NCBI GenBank assembly: GCA_004321905.1
Contig: SCQF01000012.1
Coordinates: forward strand, 5,411-69,410
Direction of reading: 5' to 3'
From: Verrucomicrobiota bacterium
GTDB lineage: Bacteria > Verrucomicrobiota > Kiritimatiellia > CAIQIC01
Length of the DNA stretch: 64,000 nucleotides
Translations under genes and position numbers: made by a program
Shown: positions 9,162 through 17,901 of the stretch, piece after piece
Layout of the letters: each line of letters starts with the position of its first letter
Numbering within the stretch: the stretch's first letter is position 1
The notes under the pieces: model-generated
What the model was told of the DNA's origin: nothing
Database searches by the model: none
Seen by the model: only the letters and a program-made list of their open reading frames with translations

Positions 9162-9880
9162 GGCGCTTCCTTGGTTGTGGTCGCCGTGGCGGCGGCGTGG
9201 CGTGCTTGTTCGATAACGTCCTGCAATTCATCCGCCGCCACGATGGTCTGCCGGCCCAAACCGACGCCGACCAGTTGGCCCGTCGCGTTGAAGACCGCCT
9301 CGCCATCGCCGCTGACCAGATGGGCGCAGCCATAAACCGTGCGCGGCTTGGTTTCCACGGAATTGATTTTGGCCGGTGCCGTTTCTACCAACGCGTTGTG
9401 ATTTTTGTCCATGCGCCCGACGATCACAATATCATCCAACACGTGCGCCTTGGCGGTCGCGGCCCAGTTGACCGGCTTGAAGGTGCCCGCCGCTACCGCG
9501 GACGGTTTTTCCGGCGCGAGCAAGACCGCATCGAGATCGCGGTCGGTCAACACAACACGCACCGGCAGTTCCGTTCCGTTGGGCAACTTGACCTTGAGTG
9601 TGCTTTCGCGGATTTCGATCTTGCGCGTGAGCAGCGAGATTTGCACCACGCTGGACGAGGTGAGCAGCAGGCCGTTGGTGTCCACGACCGTGACCGGCCC
9701 TTCGACCGTCGTGTCGTGTACTTGGTTGCAGCGCCCGCACATAAACTTGAGCGCACCGCTCAGCATGAGCACGGAATTTTGGTTGGTCGCTTGGATGGCG
9801 CGGATGGTGCCGGGCGGCAATTCCGCGCGCGCCGTGCCGGCGGCGATCAGCGCGCCGCACAAAATCATTTTTATTTTCAT
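9158..9880 (-). CDS. Exported single trypsin-like domain protein, catalytically degenerate
   Basis: Signal peptide MKIKMILCGALIAAGTARA. GLLLTSSSVV lacks His, TDRDLDAVLL retains Asp, SGDGEAVFNATGQLVGV lacks Ser. Start at ATG 9880, after the repeat. Confidence 0.65.
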   Translation of the reverse strand: MKIKMILCGALIAAGTARAELPPGTIRAIQATNQNSVLMLSGALKFMCGRCNQVHDTTVEGPVTVVDTNGLLLTSSSVVQISLLTRKIEIRESTLKVKLPNGTELPVRVVLTDRDLDAVLLAPEKPSAVAAGTFKPVNWAATAKAHVLDDIVIVGRMDKNHNALVETAPAKINSVETKPRTVYGCAHLVSGDGEAVFNATGQLVGVGLGRQTIVAADELQDVIEQARHAAATATTTKEAP

Positions 9881-9892
9881 AAACCGTGTTCC

Positions 9893-9943
9893 TTTGCCAA
9901 GGCTTGGAAAACGGGAAGGCCGATTTTTCCAAACCTTGGAAAA
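9893..9943. repeat. Palindrome doublet (19+13+19 bp)
   Basis: TTTGCCAAGGCTTGGAAAA / 13 nt / TTTTCCAAACCTTGGAAAA. Confidence 0.9.
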
Positions 9944-9950
9944 CGCCTCA

Positions 9951-12029
9951 TCATGGGGCATTTTTCTTGCTCGCGCCGTTCCCGTTGGTCCAATCCGGCT
10001 CCAGTTCGGCAAACAGCGTATGCACGCCACGCTTCAAGAAAAATACGACGCGCCTGGCTTTGGCGTGCGCGGCTTGCTTGAGCCGTTTTTCGGCGGTCGC
10101 CACGTCGCCGGTCGTCGTGCCGTCAATCGCCAGCAAAATGTCGCCACTGGCCAAGCCGGCCAGTTGCGCCCAGCCGCCGGTTTCGACGACGGCGATCTTT
10201 ACGCCTTGGAGGTCCGCCGGAATATCGCGATGAATCCGTTCCAGTTCCGTGAGCTTCTCGATGGTCAGATCGAAAACATCGTCTTTATAGGGTAGATGCT
10301 CCTCGGCGGTGCTCAAATCTTCCTCTAGTTTTAGAGTGAGCGTTTGCGACTGGCCGCCGCGCAAAATTTCGCAGGGCACAGCGCGACCCACGCGGTAGCG
10401 CCGGATCTGCGCGTAGATATCGCTCACGTCTTCGGGCCGCTCGCACTTCACCGGGTCGCCATCGAACTTCAGCAGGATGTCGCCCTTTTGAAAACCGGCG
10501 CGTTCGGCGGAGTGGCTGCGATAGACCAGTGTGACCAACGCGCCGCTGCGGCCCTGCAAGCCCAGTGCTTCGGCCAGTTCCGGGCTGAGCGCCTGCAATT
10601 CGGCGGAGAGTCCCGGCTTGCGCGCCGGTTCGACGTCGGGCCGTTTCTGCTCCTTACCGATTTTCACGACCGTCAAATACTGTCGTTTGCCGTGATCGAA
10701 TTTCACGAGCACCGGCTTGGTACCTTCGATGCCCTTGAGTTGCGCGTCGGTCACGCGGCGTAAATCGGCCACGCTGTTCACCGCGGCCTGGGCCACTTCC
10801 AGAATGACGTCACCTTCGTTGACCGCCGGCTTGGCGTCGCTCACGGCGCTCGCCAAACCCACGGAAACGACCAGCACGCCATTGGTGTTCGGCCGTTGCC
10901 ATTCGATGGCCGCGATCAGCGTCAGGTTACGCGCCACCATGCCCCATTCCTTGAGTTCCACGTCGTTGCTTTGCGCCTTGCCGCGCACGCGGGTCGTCAG
11001 GGTCAGCTTGTGTTCCTTGCCGTCGCGCAACGTCACGAGTTCCACTTGTTTGCCGACCGGCGTGGAAAGGAGCAGCCGGTTGAAAGCCGGTAAATCTTCC
11101 GGGATGCGGGCATCCACCTCCACGCCGTCATATTTTTGCAACACATCGCCCGCCTTGAGTCCCGCCGCCGCCGCGGGCGAATCGGGCAAGACACCGCCGA
11201 CGAGTACGCCACGTTCGATGCCCAGATTTTTGGGCCGCGCCTGTCCTTCGATGCCCAGCCAGCTCCGCTGCACACGGCCTGTCGCGATCAGTTGCTGCGC
11301 CACGTCTTTGGCGATGTTGCTCGGAATCGCGCCGCCCAAACTGCCCAAGCCGATTTCGTTGATGCCGATGATTTCGCCCGCGGGGTTCACCAGCGGTCCG
11401 CCGCTGTTGCCCGGATAAATCACGGCGTCGTGGCCGATCCAACGCACGACTGAACCGATGGCCTCGCCCTCTTCGCGGAAAGCACCCGCGCCGCCGAACA
11501 TGGAAGGTAGCATGAGCTGCGTGTTGCTGATAATACCCTTGGTCACCGACTGCGAGACGCCCGCCGGACAACCCATCGCCAACGCCACGTCGCCCACCCT
11601 CAACTGGTCGGAATCGCCGAATTGCGCCACGTGCAGCGGCGCTTTATTTTTGCGTTTGCTCAAATCAAGTTGCACGATGGCGATGTCCGTCAGCGGATCG
11701 GTCGCCACCAGCCGCGACTCGACTTCTTCGCCGTCGTACATCCGGCAGATCAGCCGCTTGCCGCGCCCGGCCACATGGTGATTGGTGATGATATAGCCAT
11801 CCTCGGAAATGATCGCGCCGCTGCCGGAACCGAGATTTTTTTCCAGCCGTCCGCTACGCGGCGACTCCATCACCACCATGATCCGCACCAGCGACTGGTA
11901 CATCCGGCTCACCGCGCGATCCACTTCCGCCGCGCTGATGGCGGGCGTTTCTGCGTGCGCGGGCAGGCGGGCGAGCAGCGCCGCCGAAAAAACGAGCAGC
12001 CCCACAAAGCGCCGGCGGTTTGGTTGCAT
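9951..12029 (-). CDS. HtrA/DegP-family serine protease with about four PDZ domains
   Basis: GSGAII, TNHHV, TDIA, IYPGNSGGPL catalytic triad; multiple PDZ-like SPAAAAGLKAGDV segments. Confidence 0.92.
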   Translation of the reverse strand: MQPNRRRFVGLLVFSAALLARLPAHAETPAISAAEVDRAVSRMYQSLVRIMVVMESPRSGRLEKNLGSGSGAIISEDGYIITNHHVAGRGKRLICRMYDGEEVESRLVATDPLTDIAIVQLDLSKRKNKAPLHVAQFGDSDQLRVGDVALAMGCPAGVSQSVTKGIISNTQLMLPSMFGGAGAFREEGEAIGSVVRWIGHDAVIYPGNSGGPLVNPAGEIIGINEIGLGSLGGAIPSNIAKDVAQQLIATGRVQRSWLGIEGQARPKNLGIERGVLVGGVLPDSPAAAAGLKAGDVLQKYDGVEVDARIPEDLPAFNRLLLSTPVGKQVELVTLRDGKEHKLTLTTRVRGKAQSNDVELKEWGMVARNLTLIAAIEWQRPNTNGVLVVSVGLASAVSDAKPAVNEGDVILEVAQAAVNSVADLRRVTDAQLKGIEGTKPVLVKFDHGKRQYLTVVKIGKEQKRPDVEPARKPGLSAELQALSPELAEALGLQGRSGALVTLVYRSHSAERAGFQKGDILLKFDGDPVKCERPEDVSDIYAQIRRYRVGRAVPCEILRGGQSQTLTLKLEEDLSTAEEHLPYKDDVFDLTIEKLTELERIHRDIPADLQGVKIAVVETGGWAQLAGLASGDILLAIDGTTTGDVATAEKRLKQAAHAKARRVVFFLKRGVHTLFAELEPDWTNGNGASKKNAP

Positions 12030-12104
12030 GTGCGATTCCCTTCCTTACGTTGTTGCGTTTCAGACCGGGCGGATGACGCCGGCGTTCAAAACGGTTCGGC
12101 AGCT

Positions 12105-12155
12105 TTTTCCAAGGGTTGGAAAAAGTCAACCGTCCATTTTCCCGGCCTTGGAAAA
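12105..12155. repeat. Palindrome doublet (19+13+19 bp)
   Basis: TTTTCCAAGGGTTGGAAAA / 13 nt / TTTTCCCGGCCTTGGAAAA. Confidence 0.9.
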
Positions 12156-12167
12156 CCGCGCCGGGCC

Positions 12168-12842
12168 TCAGTCGGCGACGTGGTTTTGATGCCAAGCGCT
12201 GGCCACGTCTTTCGGCCCCAGCCCCCAACGCCGCGCGTAGGCCAGCAATTCGCGGTCTGAATGGACGTCCAGTTTGCGTCGCGTGTTTTTCCGATGGACG
12301 CTCACGGTGTGTTCGGAAATCCTGCACTGTGCCGCGATTTCCGGGTCGCTGAAGCCGCCCACGACCAGCCGCAGCACTTCCTGTTCCCGCGTGCTCAAAA
12401 TTTTGTGAAAGGCCTCGGCGGAGGCGAGGTATTGTTTCCGGACGGCGAGGAAGCCCGGCGAAAAAAAGACGCAGCCAGCCAACACACGTTGTACGGCTTC
12501 CGTAACCACGCTCAACGGGCTGGGTTTTTCCACATAGCCTTGCACGTCGCTCTGGATCACCCGGTAGATGGTGTGGGGATCCATGTAGGCCGAGAGCATG
12601 AGAATCTTGACCGTCGGCACGACCGCGCGCAATGGCGCGATCATTTCCAGGCCGCTGGTGCCGGGCAGTTGAATGTCCAACAAGATTAGCTCGGGCTGGG
12701 TTTGCGTCGCCAGCGGATAGGCTTCGGCGGCGCACCGCGCGCAGCCCACGATGCTCAGATTCAATTGGCTGGCCAAGCACGCCGATAGCAGGTCGGCGAG
12801 CAACTGCTCATCTTCTACGATCATGACCGACGGGCGTTTCAT
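12168..12842 (-). CDS. NarL/LuxR-family response regulator (orphan)
   Basis: VMIVEDE, ILLDIQLPGTSG receiver; LSTREQEVL...EIA...ISEHTVSVH LuxR HTH. Confidence 0.92.
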   Translation of the reverse strand: MKRPSVMIVEDEQLLADLLSACLASQLNLSIVGCARCAAEAYPLATQTQPELILLDIQLPGTSGLEMIAPLRAVVPTVKILMLSAYMDPHTIYRVIQSDVQGYVEKPSPLSVVTEAVQRVLAGCVFFSPGFLAVRKQYLASAEAFHKILSTREQEVLRLVVGGFSDPEIAAQCRISEHTVSVHRKNTRRKLDVHSDRELLAYARRWGLGPKDVASAWHQNHVAD

Positions 12843-12884
12843 GGGCCAACAGCATAACAACAGAGCCGGACGCAAGGCAAACAC

Positions 12885-14288
12885 TCACCGGCGCTTGAAA
12901 ATATGGGTGCAGTGGCCGCCGGCAACTTCGGCGGCTTCCATGATCGTTTCGGAGAGCGTCGGATGCGGGTGGATGGTCAGGGCGAGGTCTTCGGCGGTCG
13001 CGCCCATTTCGATGGCGAGCACGCCTTCGGCAATCATATCGCCCGCGCCGTGACCGGTGAGGCCGACGCCAAGGACACGGTCACTTTCGGGATCAATCAC
13101 GAGCTTCGTCACACCTTCCTGCCGGTCGAGCGTCAGCGCGCGACCGGAGGCGGTCCACGGGAACTTGGCGACCTTGACCGTGCGACCTTCCTGCTCGGCC
13201 TGCGCTTCGGTCAGCCCGCACCACGCGATTTCGGGGTCGGTAAAGACGACGCCGGGGATCGCGCGCGGTTCAAAGACGCTCTTTTTTCCAAGAACCGCCT
13301 CGACTGCGACGCGCGCCTCGTGCGTCGCTTTGTGCGCGAGCATCGGTTCGCCGGCAATGTCGCCGATCGCGAAAATCGTCGGTTCGCCGGTACGGCGTTG
13401 CCCATCCACCTTCACAAAACCACGCTGATCGAGTTCAATCTTGGTATTTTCCAAACCAAGATCGCGCGAGTTCGGCTTGCGACCGACCGAGACCAGTACA
13501 CGGTCAAAGGTCTGCTCCGGCTGGGTCACCTGCGCGCCCTCGAAGCGGACTTTCAGACCGTCGCCCGCTTCGGTGATCGAAGCGACCTTGGTCTCCAACA
13601 TGATCGCGGCGAATTTCTTCTGTAACCGTTTGGCCAGCGGCGCGACGAGGTCGCGGTCAGCACCGGGCAATAGTTGCGACGTCATTTCCACGACGCTGAC
13701 GCGCGTGCCGAGCGCGGCATAGACCGAGCCGAGCTCCAAGCCGATGTAGCCGCCGCCGACCACGAGCAGCGACTGCGGAATCGTCTCCAGCGCGAGCGCG
13801 CCGGTGCTATCCCAAAGGCGCGGCGACTGGTTTGGGAAACCGGGAATTTGTGCGGGCGAGGAACCGGCGGCAAGAATCGCGTGATCGAACGCGAGTGTTT
13901 CCTCGGTGCCGTCGGCTTTGCGGATGAGCAACGAGTGGCCGTCACGGAATTTGGCGCGGCCTTGGACGAAGCTGATCTTACGCGCCTTGCGGAGTTGGCC
14001 AAGGCCGCCGGTCAAACCCGTGACGACGCTTTCCTTCCACGCGCGGATTTTGGCGAGATCGAGCTGTGGCACGCCAAACGTCACGCCCCACTTCGCGGCG
14101 TCGTGCGCCTCTTCGACCAACTTGGCGATGTGCAATAACGCTTTCGAGGGAATGCAGCCGCGATAGAGGCAGACGCCGCCGGGATTTTGTTCCTGATCCA
14201 CCAACGCCACCTCCAAGCCGAGGTCTGCCGCCAGAAATGCCGCCGGATAACCACCCGGCCCGCCGCCGATCACTACGAGTTTGCTCAT
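12885..14288 (-). CDS. lpdA: Dihydrolipoyl dehydrogenase
   Basis: VIGGGPGGY, GGVCLYRGCIPSK, HPHPTLSE; true start MSKLVV at 14288. Confidence 0.96.
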   Translation of the reverse strand: MSKLVVIGGGPGGYPAAFLAADLGLEVALVDQEQNPGGVCLYRGCIPSKALLHIAKLVEEAHDAAKWGVTFGVPQLDLAKIRAWKESVVTGLTGGLGQLRKARKISFVQGRAKFRDGHSLLIRKADGTEETLAFDHAILAAGSSPAQIPGFPNQSPRLWDSTGALALETIPQSLLVVGGGYIGLELGSVYAALGTRVSVVEMTSQLLPGADRDLVAPLAKRLQKKFAAIMLETKVASITEAGDGLKVRFEGAQVTQPEQTFDRVLVSVGRKPNSRDLGLENTKIELDQRGFVKVDGQRRTGEPTIFAIGDIAGEPMLAHKATHEARVAVEAVLGKKSVFEPRAIPGVVFTDPEIAWCGLTEAQAEQEGRTVKVAKFPWTASGRALTLDRQEGVTKLVIDPESDRVLGVGLTGHGAGDMIAEGVLAIEMGATAEDLALTIHPHPTLSETIMEAAEVAGGHCTHIFKRR

Positions 14289-14435
14289 AATCGCTCCCGA
14301 ATTGTGCCGCAAGGCTACCACACGGCGGCGGCATTGCAAAATTTCCCGTACAGTTTCCAAGCTTGGGAAACCACCGCCGGTTTTGACATTGCCGCCGGCC
14401 CAGCCTATGGTTGCCGTCCCAACACGGAGCGTGTC

Positions 14436-15425
14436 ATGGCGGATGCCGGGATCGTACTCAACAAAATCGCGGTGATGTTTCTGGTGATGCTGGCCGGCTG
14501 GTTGATCTGCCGGCGCGGCCTGCTGGCGCCCCAGTTCCAGACCGCGCTCGGCAGACTCGTCGTGGATGGTGTCTTCCCCGCGTTGGTATTCACGCAGATG
14601 CTCGGCTCGGTCAGTCCCGCCACACTGCGCGCCAGTTTGTGGATTCCTGTATTGGGCTTGGTCGTGATGGGCGCGGCCGCCGCCATCGGCGTACTGGCCG
14701 CGCGCGGATTGCGCACGCCGACGGAGCGGCCGACTTTTGCGTTCGTGATCGGCACGCCCAACTGGGTTTATCTGCCGTTGCCGATTGTGCAGGGACTGTT
14801 TGGCGCGGAAGGTGTGCGGACGGTTTTGCTGCTCAACCTCGGCGCGCAGATTTTTCTTTGGACCGGTGGCGTGGCGATTCTGCGCGGCCAGTTTGAGCGC
14901 CGCGACCTGCAACAGCTCGTCACCAATCCCGGCCTGCTCGCCACAGTCGCCGGCATTGTTGTGGCGTTGCTGGTGCCGGGCGCTGGCGATTGGGGCACGC
15001 CGCAGGGCGATCACGGCTTCGGCTGGTTCGCCGGCATCGTCGTGCAGGCGCTGGCGATGCTCGGCAGCTTGACCATCCCGCTCTCGTTGTTGGTCACCGG
15101 CGCGCAGTTGAGCGGTCTGACGTGGGACGATCCCAGCCATCGCGGTCTGTTGGCGGGTGTGGTGAGCTTGCGCTTGCTGGTGGCACCGGTGGTAACGATT
15201 ATCCTGATCCATATGCTGGCGCTGGCCGGGTTACCGCTGACGGTGGTCGCGCGCCACACCATCTATCTCGTGGCCGCGATGCCGGTGGCGATCAGTTGCA
15301 GTCTGTTCGCCGAGCGATTCGGCGGCGATGCGCGCCTGAGCGCGTCCAGTATTTTCGTCAGCACGCTGTTGAGTCTCGGCAGTGTGCCGGTGCTCTACGC
15401 GCTCATTCGCGCGCTGGGGTGGTGA
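14436..15425 (+). CDS. AEC (auxin efflux carrier) family transporter
   Basis: About 10 TM helices, PALVF, NWVYLPLP, LGSLTIPLSLLVTG, AAMPVA motifs. Confidence 0.88.
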   Translation: MADAGIVLNKIAVMFLVMLAGWLICRRGLLAPQFQTALGRLVVDGVFPALVFTQMLGSVSPATLRASLWIPVLGLVVMGAAAAIGVLAARGLRTPTERPTFAFVIGTPNWVYLPLPIVQGLFGAEGVRTVLLLNLGAQIFLWTGGVAILRGQFERRDLQQLVTNPGLLATVAGIVVALLVPGAGDWGTPQGDHGFGWFAGIVVQALAMLGSLTIPLSLLVTGAQLSGLTWDDPSHRGLLAGVVSLRLLVAPVVTIILIHMLALAGLPLTVVARHTIYLVAAMPVAISCSLFAERFGGDARLSASSIFVSTLLSLGSVPVLYALIRALGW

Positions 15426-15432
15426 AGGGTTG

Positions 15433-17889
15433 TCAGGGCGCAACGATCTCGAAGGGGATCGCCGGTAGCGTGGTCGCCTGAAATCGTTGTTTGTTGTTGG
15501 GTGACTTATTTTTCGCGGAGCTGCCGGAACGTTTCAGGAAAACGGCGACGATCAAGTTGCCTTTTTGGCCGGGTTTGTTTTTCGTCGCATCACTGACCAC
15601 AATGAGATCACTGCCGCCGGAGACGGACACAACTTTTTGGAGGGTGATGCCGTCGGGGGGATCGCTCAGTTCCATCTCCAGTTTCCCGTATGAAATGCTG
15701 GACGGCACGTTCACCTGGATACGCGCCGTACCGCCGGACGGGATTTTGATCGGCAACGCACTGAGCACTTTGGCGGCGGCTTTTTGTTTGAAGTAGCCGC
15801 CCACCGCCACATCCAAGTCTTGGAAAGGAACCAGATGCCGGTAGAAAAAGGCCTGCATCATGTCTTCAGCCGGCACCGCGATATGGGTCACCACCTGGCT
15901 GTTGATCGTCGCCTGACCTTCAAAAACCGGATGAAATACTTCCACCGGCGAGGACGGGGCGACGGTCAGCGTAAGCTTCACTTGGTCTTGGCCGGCGGGT
16001 ATCCCGGTGCCGCTCAACTTGAAGTCTTTTGGCGCATTTTTGAGCGTAATCGCGATCGCGTTGGTGAAGCCGTCGTGACGCACCGCATAGACGGTGAGCG
16101 GCACCGTGCCGCCGATGCGGACATTGATGCTGGACGGAACCAGGCGGAGCGCAAAATCAGGACGCGGCGCGCTGAGGCGCAAGCGGTAGGCAAATTCCGG
16201 GCCACCTTGGTGCTGCGTATCCGCGATCTCCAGATAATACGCGCCATTCGTCGGCAGCGTGGCGCGGAGGTAGGAATCGGCGTGATGCGTTTCAAGACCC
16301 GAACCCTTGTCCTCAAAATCGTCATTGAACGCAATCTGTTTGCCGTTGGCATCGGTCAGCCGGAGTTCGGAATCGAGCGGCGAGTTGAGGCGGCGCGCGA
16401 TGACTTCGGCAATGATCTGGTCGCCGGTTTTGCCTTCGAATGTGAAAAAGTCCCGATCGCCGGGGTGATCAATACGGCCGTTCACGATGATCGGGAGCGT
16501 GACCGCTTGGGCGGTCCGGCGCTGGCCGTTGGATTTTTTCTCAAAGCACTCGGGCAAGGCGTCCACCACAAACGGCGCGAAATTGGATATCCAGTCGTCC
16601 TGGCGCACAGAAACAGGATAGATGCCCGGCGCTTTACTTTGATTGTCGAGCGTCAGCCGATGGCTCGGTAGATTCCAGCCTTTCAACTCGACGGTCGTTG
16701 AGGCGCCGGCAGGGCCGCCGAGGGGAAAGAGACTCGTGATGAAAGGCATTTCGCCGAGGGTGATGCGATAGACGAAATCTTCACGACCACGATAAATGGA
16801 ATCCTTGATTTCGAGCACATAATCGCCATCCGCCGGGATTTCATAATAGAGCACCGGATCAGGATTGAAACGGAAGTCATCGTCATAGGCCACTTCTTTG
16901 CCCGCCGCGTCGTAGAGCGTCAGCGTGGCTTGGAACCATCCGGGCACCGCATCGGCCAGGTAGGGAATCAGCTCGCGTGCGCTGGCGGCGATGACGAGGT
17001 GTGTGCCCTGCTGGGCCGCGAAACGGAAACGATCCACGGTGCCGGGCATGATCTGGCCGTTGACGACGGTGGGTAGCGTGATCTTTGTCTCCGTTTTTTC
17101 TTTGGCGATTTTCGTCTGATAACCAAGTTGGGCTTCCTTGAGCGTCCGTTGTCCCCGAATGGTCTTGATCGCCGGCTTGGTGAATTCCGGCATTTGGCCG
17201 ATCTTGAAGAGTAGTGGATTCGTCAACCCTTGCGGTGTTCCCAAGCGTACCTCGCGGTCGCCCGGCTTGGCGTCCGCGGCCACCGTAACGCGCAGCATGG
17301 CGAGTTCGGAGATCGCCGGGTTCTCCGGCCTTCTGACGCTCGAATACGCTTTCTTGCGTATCTCATAGAGCAGCTTGTCGTCGGCATCCGTCCAGGTGGC
17401 GTGGGCATATTTCTTTTTGATGGCTTCCAGTTCCTGGTCGTCTGTGGCGCTATCGCTCTTGATGGTCTTGGAATTTTTGAAGCTCCGGAACTTTTCCAAG
17501 GCCCGGAAATCGTTCCGTACCACGGCCCGGCGCGCCATCAACTCATCGAGTTGAATGCGCAGGTCATTAAGTTCCTTCTGCGTAATGGGCCGAACAAAGT
17601 CGGTGAGGGTGGCTTGCACGCCGCCGCCCGAGATGAACACATTGGTGATGCCGATCAAAAACTGTCCACCAATGACCACCTCGAACGTGGTGCCTTGGCG
17701 TCCGCCGGCGGGATAGACATAGCCGATGTGCGGCGCGCTTTGCTGCGCCCCCGCGCTGCCGGGAAACAGCAGCGCTGCCGCAAAAACCGTTAGCGCACAC
17801 CAGCGTGCGGCGCCGTTTTCCAAGGCTTGGAAAAAGGTGCGGTTGTGTTTTCCAAGCCTTGGGAACTGCTGTCGAAATAGGGTTCTCAC
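15433..17889 (-). CDS. Exported PPC (pre-peptidase C-terminal) repeat protein of the DUF1501 module
   Basis: PHIGYVYPAGGRQGT start, two INGRI..GDxD.F.F..G...LDS.L.L.DA.G PPC domains. GAGGTG RBS before GTG 17889. Confidence 0.8.
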   Translation of the reverse strand: MRTLFRQQFPRLGKHNRTFFQALENGAARWCALTVFAAALLFPGSAGAQQSAPHIGYVYPAGGRQGTTFEVVIGGQFLIGITNVFISGGGVQATLTDFVRPITQKELNDLRIQLDELMARRAVVRNDFRALEKFRSFKNSKTIKSDSATDDQELEAIKKKYAHATWTDADDKLLYEIRKKAYSSVRRPENPAISELAMLRVTVAADAKPGDREVRLGTPQGLTNPLLFKIGQMPEFTKPAIKTIRGQRTLKEAQLGYQTKIAKEKTETKITLPTVVNGQIMPGTVDRFRFAAQQGTHLVIAASARELIPYLADAVPGWFQATLTLYDAAGKEVAYDDDFRFNPDPVLYYEIPADGDYVLEIKDSIYRGREDFVYRITLGEMPFITSLFPLGGPAGASTTVELKGWNLPSHRLTLDNQSKAPGIYPVSVRQDDWISNFAPFVVDALPECFEKKSNGQRRTAQAVTLPIIVNGRIDHPGDRDFFTFEGKTGDQIIAEVIARRLNSPLDSELRLTDANGKQIAFNDDFEDKGSGLETHHADSYLRATLPTNGAYYLEIADTQHQGGPEFAYRLRLSAPRPDFALRLVPSSINVRIGGTVPLTVYAVRHDGFTNAIAITLKNAPKDFKLSGTGIPAGQDQVKLTLTVAPSSPVEVFHPVFEGQATINSQVVTHIAVPAEDMMQAFFYRHLVPFQDLDVAVGGYFKQKAAAKVLSALPIKIPSGGTARIQVNVPSSISYGKLEMELSDPPDGITLQKVVSVSGGSDLIVVSDATKNKPGQKGNLIVAVFLKRSGSSAKNKSPNNKQRFQATTLPAIPFEIVAP
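17816..17866. repeat. Palindrome doublet inside the 5' end of a CDS
   Basis: TTTTCCAAGGCTTGGAAAA / 13 nt / TTTTCCAAGCCTTGGGAAC. Confidence 0.9.
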
Positions 17890-17901
17890 CGTTTCACCTC
17901 T

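Noticed and set aside
12885..15212. 775-aa ORF as an N-terminally extended LpdA
   Set aside because: The extension is the antisense of the AEC transporter gene; LpdA homology starts at 14288.
17492..17510. TTTTCCAAGGCCCGGAAAT inside the PPC gene as a repeat copy
   Set aside because: Three mismatches in one arm, no partner at 32 bp, and explained by codons (FRALEK).
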